DNA of 64,000 bases, taken from assembly GCA_950097015.1 (NCBI GenBank), contig CATNEN010000032.1, forward strand, positions 1,426,001 through 1,490,000. Direction: 5' to 3'. Below the pieces are notes generated by a model. It was not told the DNA's origin. It did no database searches and saw only the letters and a program-made list of their open reading frames with translations. Each line of letters starts with the position of its first letter. The first letter of the stretch is position 1. The position numbers were made by a program, and so were the translations under genes. Shown one piece after another: positions 1 through 10,864 of this stretch. This DNA comes from Macrostomum hystrix (taxonomy: Eukaryota > Animalia > Platyhelminthes).

Positions 1-685
1 TCTCAAGGATTCTCAAGGATTGTCAAGGATTGTCAATGATTCTGAAGGATTCTCAAGGATTGTCAAGGATTGTCAATGATTCTGAAGGATTCTCAAGGAT
101 TGTCAAGGATTGTCAATGATTCTGAAGGATTCTCAAGGATTGTCAATGATTCTGAAGGATTCTGAAGGATTCTCAAAGATTCTCAAAGATTCTCAAGGAT
201 TCTCAAGGATTCTCAAGGATTCCCAAGGATTCTCAAGGATTCTCAAAGATTCTCAAGGATTCTCAATGATTCTCAAGGATTCTTAAGGATTCTCAAAGAT
301 TCTCAAGGATTCTCAAGGATTCCCAAGGATTCTCAAGGATTCTCAAAGATTCTCAAGGATTGTCAATGATTCTGAAGGATTCTGAAGGATTCTCAAGGAT
401 TGTCAATGATTCTGAAGGATTCTGAAGGATTCTGAAGGATTCTCAAAGATTCTCAAGGATTCTCAAGGATTCTCAAGGATTCTCAAGGATTCTCAAGGAT
501 TCTTAAGGATTCTCAAGGATTCTCAAGGATTCTTAAGGATTCTCAAAGATTCTCAAGGATTCTCAAGGATTCTCAAGGATTCTCAAGGATTCTCAAGGAT
601 TCTCTAGGATTCTTAAGGATTCTCAAAGATTCTCAAGGATTCTCAAGGATTCTCAAGGATTCTCAAGGATTCTCTAGGATTCTTA
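1..685. repeat. 10-bp minisatellite (TCTCAAGGAT)n, ~68 copies, runs off the left edge
   Basis: Period-10 units with variants TGTCAATGAT/TCTGAAGGAT/TCTCAAAGAT read directly. Confidence 0.97.
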
Positions 686-1334
686 AGTTTTTTTAAATTC
701 ACCATCTGTAGTTCTGCTGTATTTAAACTTTAATCTTCATAAACTTGTTAGTGGCACTACAATATACGGTGTCGGTGGGAAAATGATCCTCTTTTTACGT
801 GTTCAGTTCCGAAAAGTATTTATTACGGCTGATGTGTGGGTTGAAATGAATCGCACATAGTAGGTGTATTGTGTGTTAGCAGCTATCTAAATGCTATTCA
901 CACAATATTCTATCGTATTCGGTTCTCTCCCTCCCAAAACAGGTCGTGCACAATTTCCGATAATAAACTGTCATAAGGCGGTTTCCCACGTCAGATAAAT
1001 AGCGTTAGCTAATACGCGTAGTAGGGATTTTATCCCTAAAAGCCAAAAACCTCCCCCCAGACAGCCGGAAATACCGAGTTTTTAGTGAACTGACGAATGG
1101 GGAAGGGAGGAAAGATTGAACTATGCTAAACAGCTGCGGTGTCGCTTCGTTCAGGTCAATTAGGGTCATAGTATTTGTCTCGGGATCCGGTTAGTTATTC
1201 TGACGATCATCTCCCCACCGTATTGCTTGCTAACTTCACTTGTCTGCTGGGCTTTGACAATTATATACTAAAGCTGGCTTGATAAACGCCTAATCAGCAT
1301 TCAATGCAAATTTTAGCATTTATGTATGTCTAAT

Positions 1335-2703
1335 GAGATCTCATACCCATTATGAGCACTCCAGTGAGATCTCATACCCATTATGAGCACTCCAGTGAGA
1401 TCTCATTCCCTTTATGAGCACTCCAGTGAGATCTCATACCCATTATGAGCACTCCAGTGAGATCTCATACCCATTATGAGCACTCCAGTGAGATCTCATT
1501 CCCTTTATGAGCACTCCAGTGAGATCTCATACCCATTATGAGCACTCCAGTGAGATCTCATTCCCATTATGAGCACTCCAATGAGATCTCATTCCCATTA
1601 TGAGCACTCCAGTGAGATCTCATACCCATTATGAGCACTCCAGTGAGATCTCATTCCCTTTATGAGCACTCCAGTGAGATCTCATACCCATTATGAGCAC
1701 TCCAGTGAGATCTCATTCCCTTTATGAGCACTCCAATGAGATCTCATACCCATTATGAGCACTCCAGTGAGATCTCATACCCATTATGAGCACTCCAGTG
1801 AGATCTCATACCCATTATGAGCACTCCAGTGAGATCTCATACCCATTATGAGCACTCCAGTGAGATCTCATTCCCATTATGAGCACTCCAATGAGATCTC
1901 ATTCCCATTATGAGCACTCCAGTGAGATCTCATTCCCTTTATGAGCACTCCAGTGAGATCTCATACCCATTATGAGCACTCCAGTGAGATCTCATTCCCA
2001 TTATGAGCACTCCAATGAGATCTCATTCCCATTATGAGCACTCCAGTGAGATCTCATACCCATTATGAGCACTCCAGTGAGATCTCATTCCCTTTATGAG
2101 CACTCCAGTGAGATCTCATACCCATTATGAGCACTCCAGTGAGATCTCATTCCCTTTATGAGCACTCCAATGAGATCTCATACCCATTATGAGCACTCCA
2201 GTGAGATCTCATACCCATTATGAGCACTCCAGTGAGATCTCATACCCATTATGAGCACTCCAGTGAGATCTCATACCCATTATGAGCACTCCAGTGAGAT
2301 CTCATTCCCATTATGAGCACTCCAATGAGATCTCATTCCCATTATGAGCACTCCAGTGAGATCTCATTCCCTTTATGAGCACTCCAGTGAGATCTCATAC
2401 CCATTATGAGCACTCCAATGAGATCTCATTCCCTTTATGAGCACTCCAGTGAGATCTCATACCCATTATGAGCACTCCAGTGAGATCTCATTCCCTTTAT
2501 GAGCACTCCAGTGAGATCTCATTCCCTTTATGAGCACTCCAGTGAGATCTCATTCCCCTTATGAGCACTCCAATGAGATCTCATTCCCTTTATGAGCACT
2601 CCAATGAGATCTCATTCCCCTTATGAGCACTCCAGTGAGATCTCATTCCCTTTATGAGCACTCCAATGAGATCTCATTCCCTTTATGAGCACTCCAGTGA
2701 GAT
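1335..2703. repeat. 31-bp minisatellite GAGATCTCATACCCATTATGAGCACTCCAGT, ~44 copies
   Basis: GAGATC recurs at 1335, 1366, ...; variation confined to about three positions; no unique spacers. Confidence 0.96.
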
Positions 2704-3157
2704 CCCATCATCGCTAGGCAAGCTTCAGTTTCCAGAACTACTAGCGATGAAAACTGGAACTGGAAACAGCCGATAAAAGATGTCCGAAAACTGGCTCTGC
2801 AAGTCGGTTCCACCCATAGTGAATTATGAATAACGGGCACATTTGGGCTAGACCCGGGCCAGCCAAGGGTTCGGATTACAATGTCATAGCGAACCATATT
2901 TAACACACTCAGGGATTTGCTTACTAATGCATGCTTGAATGTGAGTGCAGAGCATTTTTAGTGGCCTAGCCAGATACAGTGCAGATCAGGATGGCTTCGA
3001 GCCAATGCGGACTCGAGGAGGTTGGGGTTGGTGCGCAGGGACCCGAGCTACTTTTTCCATTGCGCGAGCAGGTAGACAGAATCTAGAGATCGAGGTTTGT
3101 AGTTTTAGAACAAGCACAGGCAACTCTGCACTGCCTAGTACTATAACGGGACACTGA

Positions 3158-4616
3158 ATGCAGTCTATCAAATGTGTTGTTATTGGCGACGGAGCCGTTG
3201 GCAAGACATGCCTGCTGATCGCCTACGCAACCGGTCTTTTCCCCGAGGAGTACATTCCAACCGTTTTTGACACCTACAGTGCCAACGTCATGGTGCAACA
3301 GCGCACAATCAGCCTGTGCCTGTGGGACACTGCGGGTAAGTCTGCTATGACTGGCACTTCACTGGCACTCCTCTGCCTCCACTGGCCAGCCAAGGGTTCG
3401 GATGCCTAACTCTGCCAGCCCGCACTCACTCACAACCCCAGGCCAGGAGGAGTATGACCAGCTGCGAATGCTGAGCTATCCTCAAACTGACGTCATGATC
3501 GTCTGCTTCTCCCTGGAGAACCCCGTCAGCTGCGACAATGTCCGCTCCAAGTGGGTCCCGGAGCTTCGACGGCACGCGCCTAAAGCGCCAATTCTGCTGG
3601 TCGGCACCAAGAAGGACTTGCGAGAAGACCCGGCGACGGTGGAACGACTGCGGGCTAAGGGCAGGAACCCAGTCACTGCTGACAGGGTGAGCAGCCGAGT
3701 AATCTTGCTTGCAAAGAAGCAACAGGATAAACCATATTTCCTGAGAACGGAGAGTAGAGGATGGGAAGGCATCATTCTCCCATCATCCCCAGCCAGATCC
3801 CATCACCATCAGCCAGATCCCACCATCCCCAGCAAGATCCCACCATCCCCAGCCAGATCCCATCACCCTAGATACCATCACCATCAGCCAGATCCCATCA
3901 CCCCTAGCCAGATCCCATCACCATCAGCCAGATCCATCACCATCAGCCAGATCCCATCACATCAGCCAGATCCCATCACCATCAGCCAGATCCATCACCA
4001 TCAGCCAGATCCCATCACATCAGCCAGATCCATCACCATCAGCCAGATCCATCACCATCAGCCAGATCCATCACCATCAGCCAGATCCCATCACCCCTAG
4101 CCAGATTCCATCATCCCCTGCCAGATCCCATAACCCCCAGCCAGATCCCATCATCCCCAGCCAGATCCCATCACCCCCAGCAAGATCCCATTATCCCCTA
4201 GCCAGATCCCATCATCACCAGCCAGATCCCATCATCACCAGCCAGATCCCATCATCCCCGGCCAGATCCCATCACCCCCAGCCAGATCCCATCATCCCCG
4301 GCCAGATCCCATCACCCCCAGCCAGATCCCATCATCCCCGGCCAGATCCCATCACCCCCAGCCAGATCCCATTATCTCCCAGCCAGATCAAGGACTGCGG
4401 TACTAAGAGATCTCTTTAATCCCGAATCCTCAGGGCCAGAGTCTGGCGAAGGAGATCAGGGCCGCCAGCTACCTGGAGTGCTCCTCCCGTCTGCAGTCAG
4501 ACGTGAAGTCCGTCTTTGACGAGGCCATCAGGCTGGCTCTGGCCAAAAGCAGACAGCAGCGCTGGCAATCGAAGAAAAGGAGCGGCAGCGGAGACGGTCC
4601 CTGCTGTGCCATGTAG
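3158..4616 (+). CDS. Rho-family small GTPase, Rac/Cdc42-like; 3 coding exons
   Basis: Exons 3158-3335, 3442-3686, 4434-4616, all GT-AG and in phase. P-loop GDGAVGKT, effector loop [35 protein letters not shown]-terminal polybasic stretch then CCAM; AATAAA at 4651. Confidence 0.95.
3775..4390. repeat. ~19-20-bp degenerate minisatellite (CCAGCCAGATCCCATCATC-like) in intron 2 of the GTPase
   Basis: AGCCAGATCCCATCA core repeated throughout; accounts for the His/Pro-rich tail of ORF 3402..4100. Confidence 0.92.
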
Positions 4617-5794
4617 ACCATCTGGCCAACACAATATTGTACACAGTTTCAATAAACATTAAATATACAGTACATTTTGTATTGTTTCATTAGCGAATTA
4701 ACAAACGAAAGCAATTATCGACTTCTATATAATTTCTCAAGATGCTGAATAGAAGTCCATCAGCGCGACTGTTCTCCATCAAGCACCCATGCAACAGGGA
4801 CCCATCACGGTCCTGAATAGATTATTCAAGTACAAATACAAGACCACCAGTTGCTTTCGATGTCGTGACTGAAATGGCTGCACATTTTCGCTTCCTAAAT
4901 CTACATAAACCCGGCCGGGGCTCGAATCGATGGAAACACAGCTGCCTCTCAAGCCTGCCCCATGGGATGCAAATGCATGGGATTGATATGTGCTGGTGCT
5001 TGTGTTGCTGGTGTCCATATTTCGCCTCGGGCGGTTGCCGGGCCGTTTGGGTCAGAATATTTTTGCTTCAACAAGCTGCAGTTGGTGGTATGGGAGAAAC
5101 TTTTTTACAAAGCTGCAGCACTAGTAGGTCGGTCGGCGGATCGGGTTAATAAATTTATTATTCGATCGCAAAATTAACCCGTATTTTTAGGTGGAAGGTC
5201 GCGAATATTGCGGTAAAACGCATATTACGTAAGAAACATAAAATACTTTACATAACACGTTACACAACAAGTTGCATAAGAAATTCGAAAAATGTTGGTG
5301 CATGCAAAGTCTACTATAGAATCATGGAATCTCATTATCTAGCCTATCTCTTTCACAATCCTATAATGTCCGTGAATAAATATTCCAAAATGTATTTCCA
5401 GTGCCTATGAAGCACTTTATGGAAAGAATTTGTGCTTTTATAGTGACCCTACTTGACTTCTTCTTTTACTAGGCTTCTCTGGCACCACAATAAATGTGAG
5501 GCTTCTAATTGATGTCCGAATCCTTTTAAGATGTTATAATGGGGCGCAAGAAATGTAACTTTAAAAAAAGTAAAAATGTACTAAATTTAAATGTTCCATT
5601 TGGTTAAGGATAAATTTGAGAGCCAGTGATAATAGCAAAATTTTCCGCGACTAATTTCTTACTTTATTTGATAAAGGAAATATCACTCAATTAAAAAACC
5701 AGAAAACTAAAATTATACAATTAAAACGAACCAGTGTAGAAACGAACACAAACTGACAAGCCCACGCCCACACGCTCGAATTACACCCTCACAC

Positions 5795-7268
5795 CATGCA
5801 TACACATCGATAATTAACACGCATTTCGCCAGCCGCCTGTCGGCCCAATCATTTGCGCCACTTGTTCCTCTTTTTTATTTCTCAAAATTAAAGGCAAGGG
5901 CTGTTGCGCTGTGATATTTTGACTTAGGTCTCTCTTTACGTTGAGATTCCTAAATGAGGTCGGGTGTCCTACTCTTTGTGAGAGATTCCCTTTTCGCAAC
6001 TCGAAAATAACGAAGACAAGACGATTCAAATTCCAAGCTAAACAGCTGATATTTAAGTGTTAATCAGTAAATAAGAGAAAGCTATGATCACTGATCAATT
6101 CCCCTGGCAGCGCTCTTTTCGTCCCCTGCCAGGTACTGTACTTAATTCAATCCAATTCACAATTCGCACTAACAAAATCTCGATAACCGCAACACAAAAC
6201 ACGAACTCTACTCGATGATACGACACGATAAACAACACAACTAAATCCTAGACAAACAGATAGTCCCTATAACAAACAAGACAAATAACGCGAAACCTAA
6301 CCAGAATCCCTAACATAAAACCGAGGCGACCAGCAAGCACTTCTGCACTATGGCACAACGATAGTTCTATCGTGCCACACCTAATGTCTGTTCGACGGCG
6401 TCCCACCGATGATTGTCGGCGATATGGAGAGTGCTTCCGTGCTTGCCAATCCCTATCTAACACTCCGTCAGCAGTTGGCCAGACGTACCGAGCTCAGCGC
6501 AAGCTACTTACTGACGTGGGGTTGAGTGTGGGGGTTTTCTTTGACTAACTAGTTGGACCGGTTTACCTGTCCCGGTATCTATTTACTAGGATGCGTAACA
6601 CGAATGAGAACAATATCAAGATCAAAAGCAAGAGCAAGGTCAAACGCGAGACCAGAATCACATGAGAACAATATTTCAGCGCAATAGTCAGTTTTATAGT
6701 CAAGCGCCCGCCCCAGCCCTCATCAAAGCCTGGGTGCCGGCCGCGCCGCTTGTTCTTCTGCCAGGTCGACCCTGCCGGTTAACGAACCGGCTGCTGATTG
6801 GCCCGGCTCGGGGTGTCGCACTTAAGTCGGTTCACTTCAATCGGCTAGCCGTCCTCCCATTGGTTGGGCCCACCAGACCAGGGCTAGTCTGATGCCTTGG
6901 CTGTAGAGCAGGGGTGACCGGCCGGTCGCGTGTTAGGCCTGGCTGGGGTGCGCATGTACAAACAACTAACCTATAAGATACATTAAAATAATTCATAATA
7001 TTGAAGTGCGCGAATAAGTTACTACAAGTAGAAATATACGCATTATAAAAACATGCCGACACTACAGCACCAGCTTTTGCGCCAAATTTATAAACTCAAG
7101 ATAAATAATTCTGTTGATTTTTATGGATGCACCACAAGTGATGGCTGAGAAAATTGCAATGTACTTTTCATTTTTCATGAATTGTTACTATCAATTTTCT
7201 CAGTGGTGCAATGATTAGGCCGAAAGGCGGCTGGCGAAATGCGTGTTAATTATCGATGTGTATGCATG
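5795..7268. mobile_element. Putative non-autonomous TIR/foldback element, ~1.47 kb
   Basis: 5795-5837 is the exact reverse complement of 7226-7268 (43 bp), extending imperfectly inward to ~5862/7202. No TSD or transposase recognised. Confidence 0.55.
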
Positions 7269-8343
7269 CTGCATGGTGCGAGTAATTATATAAATAGAAG
7301 ATAAAATTCTCGGTCAAAAAATTAAAATAAAACAGAGCATTTAAACAATTATATAAAAAATTTGCACTAACTTTTAAACCATGAGCAATTCAGTACATAT
7401 AGAATCCATAAAATTGATACATGTTAAAAGAGAGTTTCGGATTTTTTATTCCGCATTTTTTATGGCTGCTGGTGTAATGTTGCAGGGTTTTGATTTCTTT
7501 TTTAACTTTTTTATGTCAAAAAATTATAAGCAAAATTATGCTTCTGTGATGCACCAGTAGTCTTTTTAATTTTTACTCTAATGGGTTTAAATAGTCCTCA
7601 TATTCGCAAGTCATACCTACCCTCAAGTTGAATTTCGTCCAGCTATTTTTATAGCTTTTTAGAAGTTTATAGTATTGCAAAGATAGTTCCTTGTTCTCAA
7701 ATTATGTCTTATTTTACAACTAATATATATTTTTTTAAGTTGGTCAGTACATACATCCTATGCTTGTTATCAACGTAAGCCAGTGTAAAATTAAAGTAAA
7801 TTAGATTTTTGTTAGCTACTAATTAATTATAATAGGTAAAAATCTTTTTTCTTTAATATCTTTTTGTTTAATAAATCAGTTTTTTAATAAATCAAACAAT
7901 ATAAATATCCAGTTAAAATCCAATTTTAATTGTTTTAGGTAAATATTATATTTGCTAAACTAACCCTTTGACTTTATAACAAAGAACTAGATCAATGTGG
8001 GCCAGCAGCTAGGCTTGTAAATGGCTAACTTGTGACATTTATCCTAGTTTAATTGGTTTTTTATTCTTAACAATTTTAGCATTTAGCCAAAAAGATAAAA
8101 CTGTTGGTGATAAAAATTATATTTCAATAGTAAATTCAAGGTGCAATAGAAAACTACACATAAACAATATTATTTATAATTTTATGTAATTTATAAACGA
8201 AACAAATCAAACATAAACTTTTATGGGAAAAGTTGTCAATAGCTAGATTGTTACTGCCTATATGACATATTGGCATACAAGTAGGTTTAGTTTGTGCTGA
8301 ATTTTTATGGCTGAATGAACCAGAATGCCTGCTTTTCCCTTAG

Positions 8344-9954
8344 GAGCCAGCCGAGCCTACCAAAAGGCGCCGTGTCACGCCGATGTCGATATTCATGGAG
8401 GAGTTTCGCAGCTCTAGCCCAGCGCTGCGCTTGCTGCCACTATCCAGCCCGCAGCTGATCAGGGAGTCCAACGCGGCCTTCCAGCGGCTCAGCGTGAACG
8501 AGCGCCGGCACTACGAGCGAAAAGCGAAAGCTGAAAACAGGAAATTCGACCAAAAGTTTGGTGACAAATTTCGGCGCGACTGCGAGGGTTTCACGCTGGA
8601 GTCCCGCCAGCAGACGGCGCAGGAGGCGGAGCGGCTCTGGCGCTGGAGCGAGGACCTGATAGCCCAGCTGCTGGCTGATATCGACCTGTCGACTCTGCTA
8701 GAACGCGACTTCCTGGTCGGCGAGCTGTTCGACTTCCTGCCGGCCGACCCGCGGGAGTCCCGGCAGAACGTGCCCGCCGAATTTGGCTTCGTGCGCTTCA
8801 GTCTGCGGAGCGGCGTCACGGACCGGCTCCACCACATCGTCAGCATGAGCTCCCGCCAGCTCGAGTCCCATCTGCGCTTCCAGTGCCAGGACCAGGCTGA
8901 GCAGACTCACGGCATTCGCCTGGACCACAGCCTGGGCGGCTCCGTCAGCGCCTTCAACCGCGAGCTTCGCCGCCTCTCCGAGGACTCCACGGGCCGCCCG
9001 CTGCCGCTGTTCGTCCCCGCCCACAGCCTCGAGCGAATGCAGCACGGCCTCCTGTACGTCTACGGCGCCTCCGCCGACATCGGCGACTGTCCGCTGGTGC
9101 GGCAGGCCTGCACGCCAAACAGTACTCGAGTCCTCTGCCTGGAGGCTCTCATGCGGCGCCTCATGGCCTGCTCCGCCATGCCTGAGGCTCACCGTGTAGC
9201 TGTGCTGGACCAGCAGATGACCATTGAGCTGCTCAAGACCCGCTTCACAGGTGTGCGCGTGTTGGACTGGCCTGCATGCGCTACTTATAGTAGCATACTA
9301 CTTTTTAAACTGAATACTTATAATTTTGGCCATTCCGCTCCCGCAGGCTACAGCGAGTGCTGCCAGTTTCACACGGTCGAAGACAACACCGAGTACTGTG
9401 CCCTGACCAGGGCTCACAAGTATGCGTGGACCATCTTTGATCTGCTGCATGACCGGCTAGGCTTCGAACTCACGACTGCTCATAGACCGCTCGACGAGCA
9501 ACTGTTGGCGCCCCCAGTTGCACTGAAACAGCAGCCGCAGTGGGTTCAACAGACTCGGAAGCCGCGTGCTCAGCCGTCGTCCGATGCTGCTGCTGCCATG
9601 CCAACTAAGCCCCCGGCTAAAACAGCCCAAACTGTTGCCGGCGCCTCCTCGAGTAGCGTCGATCGCGGCTTTGGTCGGGGTCGGGGCCGCGGTCTTCGTT
9701 CACCGCAGCCGCCGTCCGACTTTGATGAAGCCGGCGTAGACGATTCCCGTTCGTCGGTGGCTACCTTTGAAGTGGCTGGCTTCCCAAGGCCTGTGGGTCG
9801 CGGTCGCGGTCGCGGAATTCGCCCCCTGGAGTCGCACCCATCAGCGCCGTCTCCGCCAATCGGGTCGGGTCCCGCCCTTGAGACCGGCAGTGTCGGAGTC
9901 GGTCGCGGTCGCGGTCGCGGTCGTCCTGGTGCGGCGCCAATAATAGTAGATTGA
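8344..9954 (+). CDS. mael: Maelstrom (HMG box + MAEL RNase H-like domain + GRG-repeat tail), piRNA pathway
   Basis: HMG-like PTKRRRVTPMSIFMEEFR...FQRLSVNERRHYERKAK; MAEL signature PAEFGFVRFSLRSG; zinc ligands ECCQFH...YCAL; three GRGRGRG tracts. Exons 8344(ATG 8383)-9250 and 9347-9954. An acceptor at 8343 suggests an unseen upstream exon. Confidence 0.85.
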   Translation, partial: EPAEPTKRRRVTPMSIFMEEFRSSSPALRLLPLSSPQLIRESNAAFQRLSVNERRHYERKAKAENRKFDQKFGDKFRRDCEGFTLESRQQTAQEAERLWRWSEDLIAQLLADIDLSTLLERDFLVGELFDFLPADPRESRQNVPAEFGFVRFSLRSGVTDRLHHIVSMSSRQLESHLRFQCQDQAEQTHGIRLDHSLGGSVSAFNRELRRLSEDSTGRPLPLFVPAHSLERMQHGLLYVYGASADIGDCPLVRQACTPNSTRVLCLEALMRRLMACSAMPEAHRVAVLDQQMTIELLKTRFTGVRVLDWPACATYSSILLFKLNTYNFGHSAPAGYSECCQFHTVEDNTEYCALTRAHKYAWTIFDLLHDRLGFELTTAHRPLDEQLLAPPVALKQQPQWVQQTRKPRAQPSSDAAAAMPTKPPAKTAQTVAGASSSSVDRGFGRGRGRGLRSPQPPSDFDEAGVDDSRSSVATFEVAGFPRPVGRGRGRGIRPLESHPSAPSPPIGSGPALETGSVGVGRGRGRGRPGAAPIIVD

Positions 9955-10864
9955 ATAATGAGAAACATTGTCTTACTCCTGAAGGGCTTAGCCCTTTGGA
10001 GGGCTTAGTCTGGAAGTTCTGTAGGAAGATATTGAACTCTGCAATGCTTCAGTTCAACCAGCTTTTAATAGGTACCAGCATTAGCTGGACAAATTTTTCG
10101 GTGTTTGGCGTCCCGCCAGTCCATGGACAGCCGCACGCAGTCGTCAGAACTATATTGTGTTGTGATATTTTTAACCTGCTTAGTTTTAACATAATAATTT
10201 TATTTATCTTTTTTAATTCTACCTGCTTTTAAATTTCTATAAGACAATTGCAAAAATTTCAATGCCTTCCATTGCGTGTGCAAAGTGCATTTCAATATTT
10301 GACATCCTTCATGTGCGTGAATTCAGAAGTACCTGTCTGTTCTTGATAATCAATTGGGATATTCATTTACCTTCACGACTTTGAAAGATGAATTACTGAA
10401 TCTATCAATAAAATGATGTATGAAAAATGCTTATATTGATCCCGTAGGCAAAATCAATACGGCTAGCAACCAATTCTAACACTGCTTTTGCTTTCTGTGG
10501 TTCTCATAAACTTGAATTCTTTTTGTTTCTAAATTTAGTTTATTCCAGTTAAGCGATGCTTTTCTGTGGTTGGGTCGTCACACAGTGAACAGAAAATCGG
10601 CTGTAAATGGCAGTTGGGTTTGGTCTAGCCTTTGGCTGAGTGGGAACCTAAAGCTTGTCGCCAAAGGAAGCAACGTGGGAATTCTGTCGCCGACTGACGC
10701 CCACATGCTGCCGACTTTCATAGAGTCAGAGGAGACTCCGCATGCCACACCCTGAAGTCATAAAAACCCAGCGCTGTCACCCTGACTCCATCTAATTCAG
10801 GTCGCTCTAAAGAGTTTTCTGAAGCGCAAAGTAAATAGTAGCCAGAGGCTCAGCCCTCCATTGC

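Noticed and set aside
1335-2703. CRISPR-like palindromic ~31-bp repeats
   Set aside because: Units are head-to-tail with no unique spacers, there are no cas genes, and the context is eukaryotic.
8511-9968. Antisense ORFs overlapping maelstrom (similar shadows over DPYS, PCIF1-like and the channel genes)
   Set aside because: Expected shadow ORFs of GC-rich coding sequence.
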